This document shows, piece after piece, positions 20,247-28,790 of a stretch of DNA of 57,471 nt (its first letter is position 1; every line of letters begins with the position of its first letter). Both the position numbers and the translations under genes were made by a program. The DNA lies in contig CALFYH010000088.1 in the NCBI GenBank assembly GCA_937952155.1, positions 1-57,471 on the forward strand. The letters run 5' to 3'. Below the pieces are notes generated by a model. It was not told the DNA's origin. It saw only the letters and a program-made list of their open reading frames with translations, and did not search any database. This DNA is from an uncultured Saprospiraceae bacterium. GTDB lineage: Bacteria > Bacteroidota > Bacteroidia > Chitinophagales > Saprospiraceae.

Positions 20247-21923
20247 TTAATTAACGCCATGCATCATTTTTTTAAGTTTCGGTGTCAATGAAAAAAGCAA
20301 TACTGCTGCCACTCCGCACAGAATCACGAAAACCATAAAAAATTCATACAAATTTGTAATCTGAAAGCCTGCAAATACTGGATAATGGTCCATAATGTTT
20401 TTATCGGCCAACATCTGTAATTGCTCTGGTGTAGGAGTGATTTTTTTATCCAATACCGCTTGTAAGTCGATGCCCATCTCGTTAGCTGCCTTGAACTTGT
20501 CACCTGTAGCTGGAAGGATAGATCCTAATGTTCCCGCAAGTGCATATCCTGAGGCATTGGACAAGAAAAATACACCATAGAGCAATGATGTAAATCGCTT
20601 AGGCGCTAATTTTCCAACCAATGATAAGCCTATTGGTGATAAACATAACTCGCCGATAGTTTGTAAAAGATATAATAAGATCAACCATTTGATACCTAAT
20701 AAACCAGTTGTTCCTAGATCTTTCACATTATTGGCAATAATAAAATATGCCAATGCTATCGTTGCTAAACCAATAGCTTGTTTTACCGGAGAAATAGGTT
20801 CTTTACCTTCAGCACGCAATTTATCCCACAACATACTAAATGGTATAGCGAGCATTACCACAAAAATACCATTAAATATTTGTACCATAGACGGAGGCAT
20901 ATTCCATCCTAAGAAATTTCTGTCTGTCTGATTATTGGCAATAAATGTTAATGAAGATCCTGCTTGTTCAAATGCTGCCCAAAAAAAGATGACAAAAAAT
21001 GACACTACATAAATCACCAAGATCCTATCCATTTCTATTTTGGATAATGATGAGTCGGTAAGAATCAATCCAGCCAAAGTCAAACCACTTGCGTAAATAG
21101 CCGAATAAACTACGTTTTGACCTATTACATAGTAGAATAAAAATGCCAAACCTATGAAGCCTATCACAGCCAATAAAAGAGATTGATTGGAGAATACAGC
21201 TTTTTGAGATTCTCCTTCCTCATAATCAGAAGCTATATTGTTTTTTGGTAATCCACCCAATGGTCTTCCCTCAGGTGTAACGACATACTTATCTTTCAAC
21301 AAATAAAAGGTAAATGTACCTATCAACATGGCAATACCTGCAGCCAAAAATCCCCATTTGAAAGCAAATACATTTCTAGTGCCATCATCGCCTACTACAT
21401 CACCTAATGCAGGACAAATAAATTGGCCCAAGAAGGCTCCAACATTTATACCCATGTAAAAGATAGTGAATGCTGTATCGAGTTTATTTTTTTCTTCTTT
21501 TGGATACAAATTCGTAACCATACTGGAAATATTTGGCTTGAAAAAACCATTTCCAAAAATCAATACTCCTAAAGCCAAATAAAGGAGCGTTTTTGCTAAA
21601 TCCAAATTTGTGCTAAATGTGCTTGCACTGGTGAATAATAAAAATTGACCTAGGGCCATTAATAGACCTCCGATCATGATACAATTTCTATTACCTAAAA
21701 ATCTATCAGAAATAAATCCTCCCAACATAGGAGTCAAGTAGCATAATCCCAAAAATCCACCATAAATAATAGATGAATCTTCCTCACTCATCATCAAGGC
21801 ATGTACTATAAATAAGGTAAGCAAGGTACGCATACCATAAAAGTTAAATCTCTCCCACATTTCTGTCCCGAAAAGAACCCACAAACCTTTAGGGTGAGAC
21901 GTTTTTGCTGTTGCTGAACTCAT
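20247..21923 (-). CDS. POT/PTR2 family di-/tripeptide:proton symporter (paralogue 1)
   Basis: 558 aa with EMWERFNFYGMRTLL and FYMGINVGAFLG. Confidence 0.9.
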   Translation of the reverse strand: MSSATAKTSHPKGLWVLFGTEMWERFNFYGMRTLLTLFIVHALMMSEEDSSIIYGGFLGLCYLTPMLGGFISDRFLGNRNCIMIGGLLMALGQFLLFTSASTFSTNLDLAKTLLYLALGVLIFGNGFFKPNISSMVTNLYPKEEKNKLDTAFTIFYMGINVGAFLGQFICPALGDVVGDDGTRNVFAFKWGFLAAGIAMLIGTFTFYLLKDKYVVTPEGRPLGGLPKNNIASDYEEGESQKAVFSNQSLLLAVIGFIGLAFLFYYVIGQNVVYSAIYASGLTLAGLILTDSSLSKIEMDRILVIYVVSFFVIFFWAAFEQAGSSLTFIANNQTDRNFLGWNMPPSMVQIFNGIFVVMLAIPFSMLWDKLRAEGKEPISPVKQAIGLATIALAYFIIANNVKDLGTTGLLGIKWLILLYLLQTIGELCLSPIGLSLVGKLAPKRFTSLLYGVFFLSNASGYALAGTLGSILPATGDKFKAANEMGIDLQAVLDKKITPTPEQLQMLADKNIMDHYPVFAGFQITNLYEFFMVFVILCGVAAVLLFSLTPKLKKMMHGVN

Positions 21924-22192
21924 ATCGTTTTATTTATTTTGGAGCTAAAAGTATTATTTTTTTTTCATTCCATCGGAGTTTGTGTTAATTTTATTGTAAT
22001 ACCACTGAGACCTGATGTCCTTGGTATAACAAGCAATGCGTATTTTATATCGAAACTAAAATTATTGCAGAATTATCATTCGATTAGATCACAGTAAGAA
22101 TGCTAAATCAATAAATAATTTTGATTTACTTATTATAGGAAGACATTAAGTTTTGGAGGCTATTTGGATGAAATTTCTTTATATTTGGTTTT

Positions 22193-23434
22193 CTATTCGT
22201 AGCGCAAAGCCTCTATTGGATCGAGTTTTGATGCTTTTAATGCCGGATAAAGTCCAGATACTAGACCTACTATTATACAAACCGAAAATCCAAGCAACAT
22301 CCAATTCCATGGTATAAAAAACCGACCATCGACCATGACTGATACACCAAATCCCATCAAAATTCCCAATACAATGCCTACAATTCCTCCTAAAAGACAA
22401 ATCACAATTGCCTCTATTAAGAACTGAAGTAACACATTTTTTCTGGTAGCGCCAAGTGCCTTTCTCACGCCAATTTCCTTGGTTCGTTCGGTGACTGATA
22501 CAAGCATAATATTCATAAGCCCGATTGAAGCGCCAAGAAGAGTCAACATCGCAATGACTACCGTACTCCATCTAAGTGTAGAGGTCATTTCTTTGAGTTG
22601 GTTGAGTATTCCGTCGGATTTTCGCAATTCAAAATCATTTTCTTCAGATACTTTTAGCTTGCGTACATTTCTCATTATACTGATGGCATGATTGATAGCA
22701 TCCTCCATTTCATTGGGTTGAGCTACGGCTACAGTGACATTGTAGGATTTGTCCGCATATCCGTATTGTACTTTTGAGTTGTACAATGGTATGAAAACGC
22801 GTCGGTCATTAGATCCGCCAGAATTTGAACCTTTGCTTTTTAGCGCACCTACAATCATATATTTGTCGCTATTGATGTACAGATCTTTTCCTATAGCTTT
22901 TTCTGGTTTGTCTTGGAAGAGTGACTGTACAATCTCGCTTCCAATAATTACTTTATTGGCAGTAGCCATTATTTCATTATTAGTAAAATTTCTTCCTGCA
23001 ATGATTTCATAAGCCGAAGTATTCATATAGTTTTCGTCGATTCCTACCACTCTGACCGTTGGATTTGTCTTTTTATCACCATGCTTTATGGTAGCGTCAC
23101 CCGTACAAAAGGACTCGATGGAAACTCTTGATGCTCCATAATGGTAATTTTCTTTAAATGACATCGCTTGGTCAAAAACGATTGGATCCGCTTCTTTGCG
23201 GTTTCGTCCACGATCATTACTCTTTAGTGTTTCTGATAGCGGTCTCACGCTAAATGAGTTGGCGCCCAACTTATTGAAATTATCACTCATCGAAAATAAA
23301 ATACTGTCAATAGCCGTCAGGATACCGACCAAACACGTAATACCTACAGCTATAATCATTAAGGTCAGCAAAGACCTTAAAAGATTTGCCCTGATAGAGA
23401 TGATGGCTAATCTAAAATTTTCAATCTGATTCAT
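22193..23434 (-). CDS. ABC transporter permease, MacB/FtsX-like
   Basis: 413 aa. An N-terminal TM is followed by a large periplasmic domain and a C-terminal FtsX-type 3-TM bundle with RTKEIGVRKALGATRKNV. No cognate ATPase is adjacent. Confidence 0.85.
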   Translation of the reverse strand: MNQIENFRLAIISIRANLLRSLLTLMIIAVGITCLVGILTAIDSILFSMSDNFNKLGANSFSVRPLSETLKSNDRGRNRKEADPIVFDQAMSFKENYHYGASRVSIESFCTGDATIKHGDKKTNPTVRVVGIDENYMNTSAYEIIAGRNFTNNEIMATANKVIIGSEIVQSLFQDKPEKAIGKDLYINSDKYMIVGALKSKGSNSGGSNDRRVFIPLYNSKVQYGYADKSYNVTVAVAQPNEMEDAINHAISIMRNVRKLKVSEENDFELRKSDGILNQLKEMTSTLRWSTVVIAMLTLLGASIGLMNIMLVSVTERTKEIGVRKALGATRKNVLLQFLIEAIVICLLGGIVGIVLGILMGFGVSVMVDGRFFIPWNWMLLGFSVCIIVGLVSGLYPALKASKLDPIEALRYE

Positions 23435-23453
23435 TCTGACAATTCACAGCATT

Positions 23454-23461
23454 CAAAAGTA
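23454..23461 (-). promoter_or_regulatory. candidate -7 promoter box (TAnnTTTG) for the ABC permease
   Basis: Plus strand reads CAAAAGTA, which is TACTTTTG on the minus strand. It lies 19 nt upstream of the ATG at 23434. Confidence 0.5.
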
Positions 23462-23666
23462 AAGCATAAAGTTACATTGTTTTGAATAGTTTGATACCAA
23501 ATATTAGAAATAGACCACGTTTTTTACGACTAATAGAAATTTTTAGGTGATTTTTAATATTTATCATCTCTTCAAATAATACTTAGAACCTGAACTGTTT
23601 ACAATAAAATTCAACAGTTATCCATGGACAAAAAGGGAATTATTATACAGGTTTGAAAATTACGCT

Positions 23667-23674
23667 TAATTTTG
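23667..23674 (+). promoter_or_regulatory. candidate -7 promoter box (TAnnTTTG) for the GldH-like gene
   Basis: TAATTTTG lies 17 nt upstream of the TTG start at 23692. Confidence 0.45.
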
Positions 23675-23691
23675 CCTAAAATAATGATGTT

Positions 23692-24159
23692 TTGAAATAC
23701 CTGACCTTAATTTTTGTCACTTTACTATTTATGATGTGTTGCGGACCTAAAGTGATCTTCTCGGATAAACAGGAAATTGCCGACAAGTGGACGTATGCTT
23801 CACCCAATACATTTACTTATGAAATCGAAGATACATTAAAATCCTACGACTTACAGTTAAGAGTTGATCACAATAAAGACTTCAAGTACGAAAATTTATA
23901 TATCAATGCTTCAACGGTATTTCCTGATGGTAAAAAAATCACGAATCCCGTTTCTCTTCAGTTGACAAACCCAGATGGTGAATGGATCGGAAACTGTTCT
24001 GGCGATCAATGTTCTCTGACTATAGACATTCTTTCGGGTGCTTTTTATAAATCCATCGGTAAATATAGCCTGATTATTGAACAATTTTCTAGGTCTGAAA
24101 TCCTTGAGGGCATCAAAGCTATTGAGTTAAAAATAATTGAGCACCAAAGCCAAAAATAA
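23692..24159 (+). CDS. gldH: gliding-motility lipoprotein GldH-like
   Basis: 155 aa with a lipoprotein signal (LLFMMCCG). The spacing pattern YDLQLRVDHNKDFKYENLYINASTVFPDGKK...LQLTNPDGEWIGNCSG...GKYSLIIEQFSRSEILEGIKAIEL matches my recollection of Flavobacterium GldH. The TTG start is needed to retain the signal peptide. Confidence 0.6.
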   Translation: MKYLTLIFVTLLFMMCCGPKVIFSDKQEIADKWTYASPNTFTYEIEDTLKSYDLQLRVDHNKDFKYENLYINASTVFPDGKKITNPVSLQLTNPDGEWIGNCSGDQCSLTIDILSGAFYKSIGKYSLIIEQFSRSEILEGIKAIELKIIEHQSQK

Positions 24160-25587
24160 ATGAAAAAAGACCGCTTTAACCATATATTACCGTACATCTT
24201 GTGGCTTTTGTTTGTATGCATAATTGGCTACTTCAAGATAGCACATCACGAATTGTGGAAAGATGAATGGCAAGCTTGGTTTGTTGCTAAAGATATGAGC
24301 ATCAAAGAATTACTTTCATTTTTATATTATGAAGGACATCCATCTTTATGGTACTTGTATTTAAAAATATTTACGATTTTTTCTACTTCGACCAATGATG
24401 TCGCTTTAATAACTGGAGCTCATTTATTGACGGTCGCTGGTGGATTATATTTTTTGTTTGTTCGATTTAGATTGCCTATATTATTAAAGATACTTTTTGC
24501 AATGTCGTATTTTGTATTTTTTGAATACGGTATTGTCAACAGAGGCTATTTTCTGGTTATTTTATTGGTGTTTTGGATCGTCAATTTGCTCAAAACCGAG
24601 AATTACTCAAAATCACAGGTTGGATTATTATTGTTTCTACTTTGTCAAACTGAGGTTTACGGCGTATTGATGGCTATGTCGTTAGCTTTGTTTTTATTTT
24701 CAAAAGAGAAGTTTGAAGTTAACAACCTTAAATCCCGTGAATTTCTTGGAATTTTCATTGGCTTAATAATTTTTGTCATTTCTGTATTTCCTCGTACATC
24801 AGGACACGTCTCGCGCACCAGCAATAAAGCAATGAGCTTTGCTGATCAAGTCTTGTCCGCCATCCAAGGCAATCTTAGCAATACCTATCTCATCGGTTCG
24901 ACCAATGATACTTTCACTTATGGGTGGACTTTCTTGGGCTTGGTTTTGTCTTTTATTTGTCTAGGCGGATTGTGGTTTTTATTCAGGAATTTCAAGACAC
25001 TTCTTTTGAGTGGTGGTATGTTTTTAGTTAGCATGCTCGCCTTCAGTATAGTGCTATATTTGGGTGGAATCCGTCAATGGGGCATGGGATTTGTCTTTCT
25101 TATAGCCTTACTTGAGTTGCGCGGAATAGATTTGGTCAAAGAAAAAGCGGAGACTGCAATACTTTTAGTCTTTTGCTTATTCAATATCGTGCATTGTAGT
25201 AGAGCAGTGTTTGAAGAGATAAAAATCCCGTTTACCAATGCTGAAAAGGCTGGATTATTTATTCGTGATAAAGTTCCGGTCAAAGTACCTGTTGTGGCAC
25301 TCAACAAATTTGAAGCTACACCAGTATCGGGATACGCTGGTAGGAAATTTTTTGAATTGCCTGATGGCACTGAATTTTCGTACTTTAAATGGGTGGACAA
25401 AATCTATTTGCCTACAGAAGGCGAATTGAAATTATTTGCAAAATACAAGCAAGTAGGAGGAATCATACTTTTGTCACCCAAGCCTATAGATGCACTTAGG
25501 TTTCCATCAGCTCAATTATGGCAGACTTTTGATGAGACCAATTATAAAAAGGAAAATTATTATTTGTACACACTTGCGGCAAAATAA
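24160..25587 (+). CDS. polytopic membrane protein of unknown function (possible GT-C-fold glycosyltransferase)
   Basis: 475 aa with at least 10 hydrophobic segments. An acidic motif in the first loop (HHELWKDEWQAW) is reminiscent of GT-C enzymes. The ATG directly abuts the upstream TAA (TAAATG). Confidence 0.55.
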   Translation: MKKDRFNHILPYILWLLFVCIIGYFKIAHHELWKDEWQAWFVAKDMSIKELLSFLYYEGHPSLWYLYLKIFTIFSTSTNDVALITGAHLLTVAGGLYFLFVRFRLPILLKILFAMSYFVFFEYGIVNRGYFLVILLVFWIVNLLKTENYSKSQVGLLLFLLCQTEVYGVLMAMSLALFLFSKEKFEVNNLKSREFLGIFIGLIIFVISVFPRTSGHVSRTSNKAMSFADQVLSAIQGNLSNTYLIGSTNDTFTYGWTFLGLVLSFICLGGLWFLFRNFKTLLLSGGMFLVSMLAFSIVLYLGGIRQWGMGFVFLIALLELRGIDLVKEKAETAILLVFCLFNIVHCSRAVFEEIKIPFTNAEKAGLFIRDKVPVKVPVVALNKFEATPVSGYAGRKFFELPDGTEFSYFKWVDKIYLPTEGELKLFAKYKQVGGIILLSPKPIDALRFPSAQLWQTFDETNYKKENYYLYTLAAK

Positions 25588-25762
25588 AAGGTCAATGAGT
25601 GGTAATTCATAGAGTCACACAATATATTGTAGTTTATCTAATATTTTATTTTGTGCATATTTATTAAAATATTATTTTGTTAATAATTTTAAATTGCTTG
25701 GACTGTAAAATAATATTTTGTTAAATTAGCGTTAATAGTGTTATTGGTGTAACTTTTTGCCT

Positions 25763-25770
25763 TACTTTTG
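25763..25770 (+). promoter_or_regulatory. candidate -7 promoter box (TAnnTTTG) for the 57-codon ORF
   Basis: TACTTTTG lies 38 nt upstream of the ATG at 25809. Confidence 0.35.
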
Positions 25771-25808
25771 CGTCATCATTTAAATTAATAATATTTATTT
25801 ACAGTTTT

Positions 25809-25982
25809 ATGATGCACATTATCAGCAAATTCGTCCCAACACCAGTTATCGAAATGGCAAAAACTATTTCGGCAAATCAAGGTGGACAATGGGTCGAAAA
25901 CAGACAATTACGAGCAAAGGAAGCAAGTTTAAAGGTTTCAAATAAGTTTAATCCAAAAGCTGCAAGAACGCGCTCGTTCTAA
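25809..25982 (+). CDS. small basic hypothetical protein (57 aa), not in ORF track
   Basis: ATGATG start. The protein is MMHIISKFVPTPVIEMAKTISANQGGQWVENRQLRAKEASLKVSNKFNPKAARTRSF, ending in TAA. It sits alone in a 466-nt AT-rich gap, with a -7 box upstream and a strong hairpin terminator 33 nt downstream. Confidence 0.35.
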   Translation: MMHIISKFVPTPVIEMAKTISANQGGQWVENRQLRAKEASLKVSNKFNPKAARTRSF

Positions 25983-26014
25983 TTTAAATCGAAAGGTGAT
26001 TTGTTAGTTAATAG

Positions 26015-26051
26015 AAAGATGGCTCACAAAAAGAGCCATCTTTTATTTTTT
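26015..26051. terminator. bidirectional rho-independent terminator between the small ORF and sucC
   Basis: A perfect 11-bp stem (AAAGATGGCTC 26015-26025 / GAGCCATCTTT 26033-26043) closes a 7-nt loop. It is followed by a T-rich run (TATTTTTT) on the plus strand. It lies between convergent genes. Confidence 0.7.
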
Positions 26052-26053
26052 AC

Positions 26054-27256
26054 CTATTTCTGAATCATTTTTTTAACAAGATCCGCTGCTTCCTGCAACT
26101 GGATTGCCGACAATACCTCGAGTCCGCTATTATCTATCAGTTCTTTTGCGATATCCGCATTGGTTCCTTGCAGACGTACGATGATAGGAACATTGATATT
26201 TCCCATATTTTTATAAGCATCCACTACTCCTTGAGCTACTCTATCGCATCGAACTATTCCACCGAAGATATTGATCAAAATTGCTTTTACATTATTATCT
26301 CTTAGTATCAACCTAAAAGCTTGTTCAACTCTGGCTGCATCTGCTGTGCCTCCTACATCCAGGAAGTTTGCAGGTGAGCCACCAGACAACTTGATAATAT
26401 CCATTGTGGCCATTGCAAGTCCTGCACCATTCACCATACAGCCTACATTTCCATCTAGATTTACATAGTTTAGTCCGTAACCTTTCGCTTCTACTTCTGT
26501 AGGATCTTCTTCATCGAGATCTCGCATCGCTTCCAAATCTGGATGTCTGAAAAGTGCATTATCATCTATAGAGACTTTACTATCTACAGCTATGATACGA
26601 TCATCTGCTGTCTTTAGACAAGGGTTAATTTCGAAAAGTGAAGCATCAGATCCAATAAATGCTTTGTACAAATTGCCTATAAATTTAATAAACTCTTTGT
26701 AACTATTGCCAGAAAGGCCCAAATTGAAGGCGATATTTCTTTTTTGAAAATCTCTCAATCCTACATGTGGATCTATGTACTCCTTATGTACCAGATGTGG
26801 CGTGTTTTCTGCTACTTCTTCTATATTCATACCACCTTCGGTAGAATAGATGATCACATTTCGCTTTTTTTCGCGATCCATCAAGATAGAAACATAGTAT
26901 TCCTTACACTTATCGAAATCGACATAACAATCTTCAGCAATCAATACCTTTCTTACCAGCTTGCCTTCTCCATCCATGCCTCCAGGTGTTTGAGGCGTTT
27001 TCAGCATCATACCTAGGATATTGCTTGCATGTTGTTTGAGGTCATCCATATTTTTGGCCAACTTCACGCCGCCGCCTTTACCTCTTCCTCCAGCATGAAT
27101 CTGAGCTTTTACCACACAATATTCTGTACCTGTTTCAGCTTTGAGCTGCTCATAAGCAGACACGGCTTCTTCGACTGTATTTGCCACTTTACCTCGTTGT
27201 ATTGCTACACCAAATGAAGCTAGCATTTCTTTACCTTGATATTCATGTAAGTTCAT
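26054..27256 (-). CDS. sucC: succinate--CoA ligase (ADP-forming) beta subunit
   Basis: It has the canonical N-terminus MNLHEYQGK, plus KAQIHAGGRGKGGGVK, GNVGCMVNGAGLAMATMD and GGIVRCD. I place the start at the ATG at 27256 rather than the track's TTG at 27277, because a -7 box lies at 27275-27282. Confidence 0.95.
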   Translation of the reverse strand: MNLHEYQGKEMLASFGVAIQRGKVANTVEEAVSAYEQLKAETGTEYCVVKAQIHAGGRGKGGGVKLAKNMDDLKQHASNILGMMLKTPQTPGGMDGEGKLVRKVLIAEDCYVDFDKCKEYYVSILMDREKKRNVIIYSTEGGMNIEEVAENTPHLVHKEYIDPHVGLRDFQKRNIAFNLGLSGNSYKEFIKFIGNLYKAFIGSDASLFEINPCLKTADDRIIAVDSKVSIDDNALFRHPDLEAMRDLDEEDPTEVEAKGYGLNYVNLDGNVGCMVNGAGLAMATMDIIKLSGGSPANFLDVGGTADAARVEQAFRLILRDNNVKAILINIFGGIVRCDRVAQGVVDAYKNMGNINVPIIVRLQGTNADIAKELIDNSGLEVLSAIQLQEAADLVKKMIQK

Positions 27257-27274
27257 ATAAAATGTCTTTAGCCG

Positions 27275-27282
27275 CAAAATTA
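27275..27282 (-). promoter_or_regulatory. candidate -7 promoter box (TAnnTTTG) for sucC
   Basis: Plus strand reads CAAAATTA, which is TAATTTTG on the minus strand. It lies 18 nt upstream of the ATG at 27256. Confidence 0.5.
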
Positions 27283-27486
27283 AAGTTTAATTAGCTAAAT
27301 GCAAATATTAAATCATCAAAGAAATAAATTGTTTGTCAAGGATGTCGTTTTTGAAGGCTTTAATCGTATCTTTCAATAGCTCATGTTAAAAAATATATAA
27401 AATTTGAATCTCATGCTTACTTTTACAATTTTGTTTGGGTTTATAATTAGAGTGAATTATATTTCTGAACATCAAAAACCAATATC

Positions 27487-28647
27487 ATGAGAACATTTTT
27501 TTACATTGCGGTATTAACTTTAAGTTTGGCTTCCTGTAAATCTGTAGAAAAAATGATGGCCAAAGGAGAGTATGAAAAGGCTTTTGATTATGCCATTGAC
27601 AAACTTTCAGATAGTAAAGTCAAAAAAACTGAGCATGTCAAAGCACTGGAAAAAGCTTATAATAAGCTCAATAGCGCTTCACTCAAAGAAATAGAACGAC
27701 TGAATGCGACATCTAATCCTGAGAATTGGAGCAAAGTACACGCAGAGTATAAAAGATTGATAAACAGGCAAGATCGTCTTGAATTTTTACTACCACTTGT
27801 AAGCGAAAGTGGTTATAAGGCTTTGTTTGATATCAAAAATTATAATGCCGAATTGAGCCATGCTGAAGACAATACTTGTGCATATTATTATTCTAATGCA
27901 AAAACTTTGATAGCCAGTGCTGAAAGATCAGGTAATAAAATGGATGCAAGAAGTGCTTACGAAGAATTGTCAAAAATATTCAGATTTAAGAAGTCATATC
28001 TTGATATTGAACAATTGCGTGAAAAAGCATTAAACCTAGGTATCACATATATAAATATAGAAGTTGATAATAGGCTTGTTGATTTTCACGGTGATATAAT
28101 AGAAGATGCTTTGTGGGAAATGCCACTTTCTTCTATGGATGATTTATGGAATGATTTCACCTTAGAAAAATCAGACAAGCGATTTGATTACAGCATAGTT
28201 ATTACTTTGGATAATATGAATCTAGGTACTGAGGCAGAAAGGGCACACACTACTTCTCATTCCAAAGAAGTCTTGGTAAGAAAAGAAAAGGTCAAAGAAA
28301 TCAAAGATAGTGTTGTAGTGTGGGTTGAAAAAGAAGTGTACGAAAACCTAAAGGCAGATATGACGGAAATCTTTCGTGAAAAAAATTCTGAATTGCATGG
28401 AAACATCTCTGTGTACAATAACCACAATAACAAACTGGTGGATAATGTACCAATAAACATTTATGACAATTTCAAAGGTTATGCATGTCAGATAGTTGGA
28501 GAATTGGAAGCAATTCCAAATGACAAAAACCCAAACCATGACACGTATTTGGAGCTTTTTCCATCAGATCGCGATGTTTCAAAAAACCTAGCTTTAGCAT
28601 TTCAGAAGTCAGTTATTAATGAGATAAACCGTGTGTCTCTACCATAA
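27487..28647 (+). CDS. hypothetical lipoprotein
   Basis: 386 aa with a lipoprotein signal (LTLSLASCKS). The N-terminal half is helical and charged. I recognise no family. Confidence 0.7.
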   Translation: MRTFFYIAVLTLSLASCKSVEKMMAKGEYEKAFDYAIDKLSDSKVKKTEHVKALEKAYNKLNSASLKEIERLNATSNPENWSKVHAEYKRLINRQDRLEFLLPLVSESGYKALFDIKNYNAELSHAEDNTCAYYYSNAKTLIASAERSGNKMDARSAYEELSKIFRFKKSYLDIEQLREKALNLGITYINIEVDNRLVDFHGDIIEDALWEMPLSSMDDLWNDFTLEKSDKRFDYSIVITLDNMNLGTEAERAHTTSHSKEVLVRKEKVKEIKDSVVVWVEKEVYENLKADMTEIFREKNSELHGNISVYNNHNNKLVDNVPINIYDNFKGYACQIVGELEAIPNDKNPNHDTYLELFPSDRDVSKNLALAFQKSVINEINRVSLP

Positions 28648-28790
28648 ATCTAGGATTTCATTATGGATGCTAGAAATAATAATCTTTATCATATCTTTTG
28701 ATAATTAAGGTCAGGATTTCTATAAAATTTACTCATTTACTTTGTGTCGTTATTACACTTTGATAAGCTTTTAAAGTTAAAAAAATAATC

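Noticed and set aside
22179-22571. 130-aa ORF overlapping the 3' part of the ABC permease gene in another frame
   Set aside because: It lies on the same strand, off-frame, within a gene whose own frame carries the FtsX-type motif. The product is Cys/Arg/Trp-rich and looks like an off-frame artefact.
23593-23619. 7-bp inverted repeat AACTGTT-N13-AACAGTT in the divergent ABC-permease/gldH intergenic region (possible operator)
   Set aside because: Only 7 bp pair and the arms do not extend. This is expected by chance in a 257-nt AT-rich spacer. No regulator gene is adjacent.
25620-25760. Three similar AT-rich words (AATATTTTATTTTGT / AATATTATTTTGTT / AATAATATTTTGTT) that could be iterated binding sites or a degenerate repeat array
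   Set aside because: The copies are short and imperfect, and their spacing is irregular. In DNA this AT-rich they are indistinguishable from low-complexity sequence by eye. There is no spacer/repeat architecture.
27257-27277. TTG-extended start of sucC (MRLKTFY...) given by the track
   Set aside because: The canonical SucC N-terminus MNLHEYQGK begins at the ATG at 27256, and the TAATTTTG -7 box (27275-27282) overlaps the proposed TTG. The same logic applies to the extended start at 39070. The extended start at 53074 is rejected because it overlaps the YceI terminator.
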